The notes below the pieces were generated by a model that saw nothing but the letters and a program-made list of their open reading frames with translations, searched no databases and was not told where the DNA came from. A stretch of DNA of 54,860 bases, counting the filler, from Bipalium vagum (lineage: Eukaryota), in assembly GCA_037834085.1 (NCBI GenBank). It is 3 parts of 3 records of this genome, joined end to end, with 100 filler letters (N's around TTAATTAATTAA, not from the genome) between each part and the next. Parts side by side here need not be neighbours in the genome. Positions count along the whole stretch, not along the records: positions 34,457 to 54,860 come from JBBMKC010254044.1; 2 more parts are not named here. One strand, given 5' to 3'. The position numbers were made by a program, and so were the translations under genes. Shown one piece after another: positions 50,967-54,860 of this stretch (positions are counted from its first letter, which is position 1; each line of letters opens with the position of its first letter).

Positions 50967-51900
50967 TATATTACTAATAATAATTAATTAAAAATATTTA
51001 AAAATAATTTTTATTTATTCTTCCCAACAATTGTGATGGAAAAGTTTTCAAAAGTCGAGCAATCTCAACACTAAGCCGAAAACATTTTTCATTTTTTTTC
51101 AAAATGAACAATTAAAACAATTGAAATTAGTATGCATTCAAACAAAAAATCCGTTTCTTTACGACAAATTATTTCTCCTTTAACAGCTTCAATTTAGCTT
51201 GTTTTACATTGTTGTGATTAATATTATTTATTTTTTAATTTTATTGTGCAATTTATGCCATTGAAAACAAAATTGAAAATAATTCACAAACGAAGGAAGT
51301 TTCATTAACAATAAACAAATTGATACAATCAATATTTTTTAATTGATTCTTTATTAATTAAGACATTCACCTTTTTTCCCACATAAAACAGCTTATGATA
51401 TAAACAAGGAATCCATTGTTTTATTGATTTTAAGAAAATTATCGCCTTTTCTTTTTGGATCAAGCAAATTTGTAACAATTAATTATCTCTTTTAATTATT
51501 GGCAACTTTGAGATAGTGTCAGAAGTTAGGATAGCTGAAAAAGTCTTGGGTAAGGAGTTCTTGAATGAATTGGTTGGATCTAGTAGCCTTTTGCTAATTA
51601 TTTATTTATTTTTTGAATAAAGAAATTTTTGAAATTTGTATTGTCATTCGTTTTTGGGATGGTCACTGTAAATGAATATTAATTTAATTTGGCTGTAAAA
51701 AATTATTGATTTGTATTATATCTATACCAGACCTTCAAGAGTTATGACGATTTTAAAAAATGGCTATATAGTTGGATTGTTGGAAACCTAATCAATTATT
51801 TTCCGATGGAATTTAGAATTTCCATTTCAGACTTTTGAGGTCATTTTATTATTATTTTCAAAATACTTTAATATATTCTTAAAAATTTAAACTAATAATT

Positions 51901-53220
51901 CAAGGGGGTCCAAAATATTTTCGCTTTCTTCATTTTTTAAAGAAATATTAATCTAATTTATTAAGGATAAACCAGAACCAAACACTTATGGTGCACGTGT
52001 AAACATTTAAGATGTCACAATTAGTTACCATATTCATTAACAATCAGTTGAAGATCATTCTGGAGTCTTTCAAATTCACTGACAAATATATCCGCAACGA
52101 AAGACGTCATGAAACGATAAGCACAGGTCAAAATTGTTTTTTTATTTGACAATTTTTTAGTTTTTCCGAAAACTTTCAAAATTTCGGAAGAATGCCCTAT
52201 CCATCATATTCATATTCGGGGGGTAAGCTGGCAGGGGCAGATTTTGGATGTTCTGATGATTGAAAAATTGAACTGTCATTCTGGACTTATGTGCTCGTGC
52301 ATTGTTGTGTTGAATTGTTAAATCGAAATCATGTATTGGAGGTGTTAATAATGACAATTTTTATCAAGTTTGTTAAAAATGAAATGTAGCACTAGGAATC
52401 CACTCTCTCATTTTCATTTGGAAAATCTGCATGATAGTGTCCTTGAAAGTTAGCTGCCAATACTATAAGATACATCTTGTCACCCAATGTTCTACGGGCA
52501 ATAACTGGATGTTTTCCTCCAGTGGCAATGCATAATCGCATATTACTAGCAGCGGGAACATGAAGTAAGTAGACCCATTTTTCATCAATGGTAAAGACAT
52601 TCCTTCGAAATTTTCTTGTATAACAAGCATTAAGGATAAGTATAGTTCCATCTCTTCTTTTTTCTTTCTATAAACATTCAGGATGTGGGGAATCCATTTT
52701 GAAGAAACAGGTTTTAGCTTAAGGCCATTATGAATGATTCTTTAAAGAGAAGGACGTGTAATAAAGATAATCATTTGTAGCTGGGAAAGAGAGATGAGGA
52801 TGTATTTACCGGAAACAAAGTTTATTTTCCAATTCAATAATTATCATACATGACATCAGATTTTATTCAATGTTCTCAAAGTAAATCTTTCTTCATTAAT
52901 AACGAAATTATTTGATTTGAATTTTCTACCTGCAGTTTCTCTCAATCTTCTTCGTTATACATTCTGGAACATTGTTTTAAAATCACTCATTTATTGTACG
53001 CCATTATGCTGTTTAATCACCTGATGTCTGGATTAGGTTTTTGTCGCTTCCTCAGCATTGCGACCAAGTTTGAATTCATGTAACAGAATGATTTGAATTT
53101 CTTCTTGTTTTGAAAGTATTTTAAAAATTTTTAAAATAAATTGATGCAATTAAACAATGACCTTCCAGATTATTTGATTGAAATAATTCAAATGGAATAC
53201 CCTAAGAAATTTTTCCAAAT
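51901..53220 (-). mobile_element. Decayed Tc1/mariner fragments
   Basis: IQHNNARAHKS…PAYPPNMN (52157-52357), N-terminal IILLHEFKLGRNAEEA (~53050-53110), TIR-like CAAGGGGGTCCAAAATA at 51901. Possibly two nested elements. Confidence 0.7.
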
Positions 53221-53306
53221 AATACTGTTCAGAAAATGTAAAATATGATAATTAAATATTTACAAGTTAACCATTATGTTACTATTTTTATCCATTAATA
53301 ATTCAC

Positions 53307-53617
53307 CTGTATACTATCTGAACAATGGGTTGTATTCATTGCAACATGGGCAACCATACATGTTCGACAAGACAAGCTGCTCATGGCTTCCCTTAGCAAT
53401 TGAGATAGTTTACTAGTTCTATAAGGAATGTGACGCTGGCCATTGACAAGGGCTAATAATACTGCAGCTATGGATGGCAACGACAAAGCTGTTGAATTTG
53501 ACTGAGGTTCTGGTTTCAACCATTCATTTGTTGAACTTTCTTTACTGCCAGAATCAAGTGGACCGATTTTGCCCGATCCAAAATCCAATAAATGCAGTCG
53601 ACTACGACCTCCAGCGA
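53307..53617 (-). CDS. KIF26: KIF26/VAB-8-like kinesin-11, motor-domain exon
   Basis: Acceptor 'catttcag', donor 'cag|gtgaat'. AGGRSRLHLLDFGSG…LSLPSIAAVLLALVNGQRHIPYRTSKLSQLLREAMSSLSCRTCMVAHV matches KIF26 (GGRSRLHLIDLGS…LALVNG.KH.PY..SKL..LLRE…CRT.MIAH). Upstream exons lie beyond the window. Confidence 0.95.
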
Positions 53618-53683
53618 CTGAAATGCGAACAGTAAAATGTTTGAAAACGTGATGATGATGATAATTTTAATAATAATAACGAA

Positions 53684-53714
<31 letters not shown>

Positions 53715-54647
53715 TAAAAAAAGAAAATATACGCGAAGGAGAATTTTACTAATGATAATAATAAAACCAGTAAGAATTGTTAATTTCTGATCTGATAGAC
53801 AATTATTTATTGATGGAATATCCCAAGAAGCCCATCTTCATCATTAACCATGTCAGAGAGAATTCTGAATTTTCCTAGATTTGTTTTGCTCCAAAAAAAC
53901 TCAATCATACGTTGAATGGCTTAATTGAAGTTGACAGGAACTCGCAATTATCAAAAAGATAAAGTGATTTGGAAAATTCCGATAACTTTGTAACTTTGGA
54001 GATGATTTAATTAAATTTGATTTTATTTGTTTGTCATTTATCAAATCCCGATAATGAAAACCGACCTCACGCAAGACATTTATTTTTTTTCCATATATTT
54101 CTAATTATTTTTTTGCCTAAACTTGAAAAGTTTTTCTCTCATTATTATTTGGGTTTTCGTCCTTTTATAAGGGTTTTTAATAATTGTTTTTATTATTTTT
54201 TGATAGTAACAGCCACTCTATTTTATTCAGAAGAAGTATTTTCTATTTTAAATTAAATATTATTAAAAATAATTATTATTAGAGTATTATTAATTATTTT
54301 TATTATTGTTAATATTTCTTAATAGTAAAACTACCACCAATGATAATGATGATGATGATGATGAAATTATTAGTTTTGATAATTATATATTATTAATATT
54401 TCGAATTTGTTATTATTATTATAAAGCTATGATTATGGTAATTATTAAAAATTTATTAAATTTTTTATTAATTATAATAATATATATTTATTTCAAAATG
54501 GTTTTTCAAGATATTAATAATCAAGAGATTGTCAATCTGAACAAAGAATAAAACATCTAAAATTATATTAAATATAACCAGTATTAGTATTATAATAATT
54601 TTTATATTATTATTAATATTTTTATATCACTATGGACAATAAAAAAA

Positions 54648-54648
<1 letters not shown>

Positions 54649-54701
<53 letters not shown>

Positions 54702-54702
54702 T
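54649..54702. repeat. (AAT)n microsatellite
   Basis: Perfect TAA run. Confidence 0.95.
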
Positions 54703-54860
54703 GTGGGTATTTAAACTGATTTCTAGTTTTTGAATTTTTATATATATTTATATATATTTTTATATTAATTTAATTTAATTTTATTTTTCGAATATACGCT
54801 TTTTATTAAATGAATACAAAATTTATTCAAATATATATTTTCATGAAACATGTTTCGAAC

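Noticed and set aside
1-54860. Non-standard genetic code as an explanation for frequent in-frame stops; hammerhead ribozyme cores (CTGATGA…GAAA)
   Set aside because: Host genes (KIF26, VPS16, GPCR, DOCK, peptides) translate cleanly with the standard code. The CTGATGA hits inspected lack the required stems.

Overview
Very AT-rich, intron-containing animal genomic DNA from a draft scaffold with four N-gaps. The (ATT)n microsatellites, 43-71 bp short introns and dense decayed Tc1/mariner copies fit a planarian-like flatworm, but that is an inference. Host genes: (i) the 5' end of a DOCK-C/D-type GEF (minus strand, four phase-consistent exons at 5392-6009, probably continuing at ~1.1-1.4 kb); (ii) the 3' terminal exon of VPS16 (minus); (iii) two near-identical two-exon genes for a 90-aa secreted Gly/Ala/Cys-rich peptide whose mature part has no charged residues (24679-24995 and 33730-34046); (iv) an intronless divergent rhodopsin-class GPCR (minus); (v) five exons of a KIF26/VAB-8 kinesin-11 gene spread over 35.2-53.6 kb (minus). 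Between DOCK and VPS16 (~8.9-15.6 kb) lies a heavily decayed Polinton/Maverick-like endogenous viral element. It carries a pPolB N-terminal motif remnant, an NCLDV-type HNH nuclease remnant that the ORF track misses, and a CRE/CCAAT/TATA promoter block, and it is interrupted by a nearly intact 2.2-kb pogo/Tc2 transposon. Also present are many mariner/Tc1 remnants, a mariner MITE, a Chapaev-type transposase remnant and a tRNA-Ala pseudogene. The most interesting candidates are the duplicated secreted cysteine-hairpin peptide locus and the HNH-carrying Polinton-like element. All family assignments come from remembered motifs; no database search was run.
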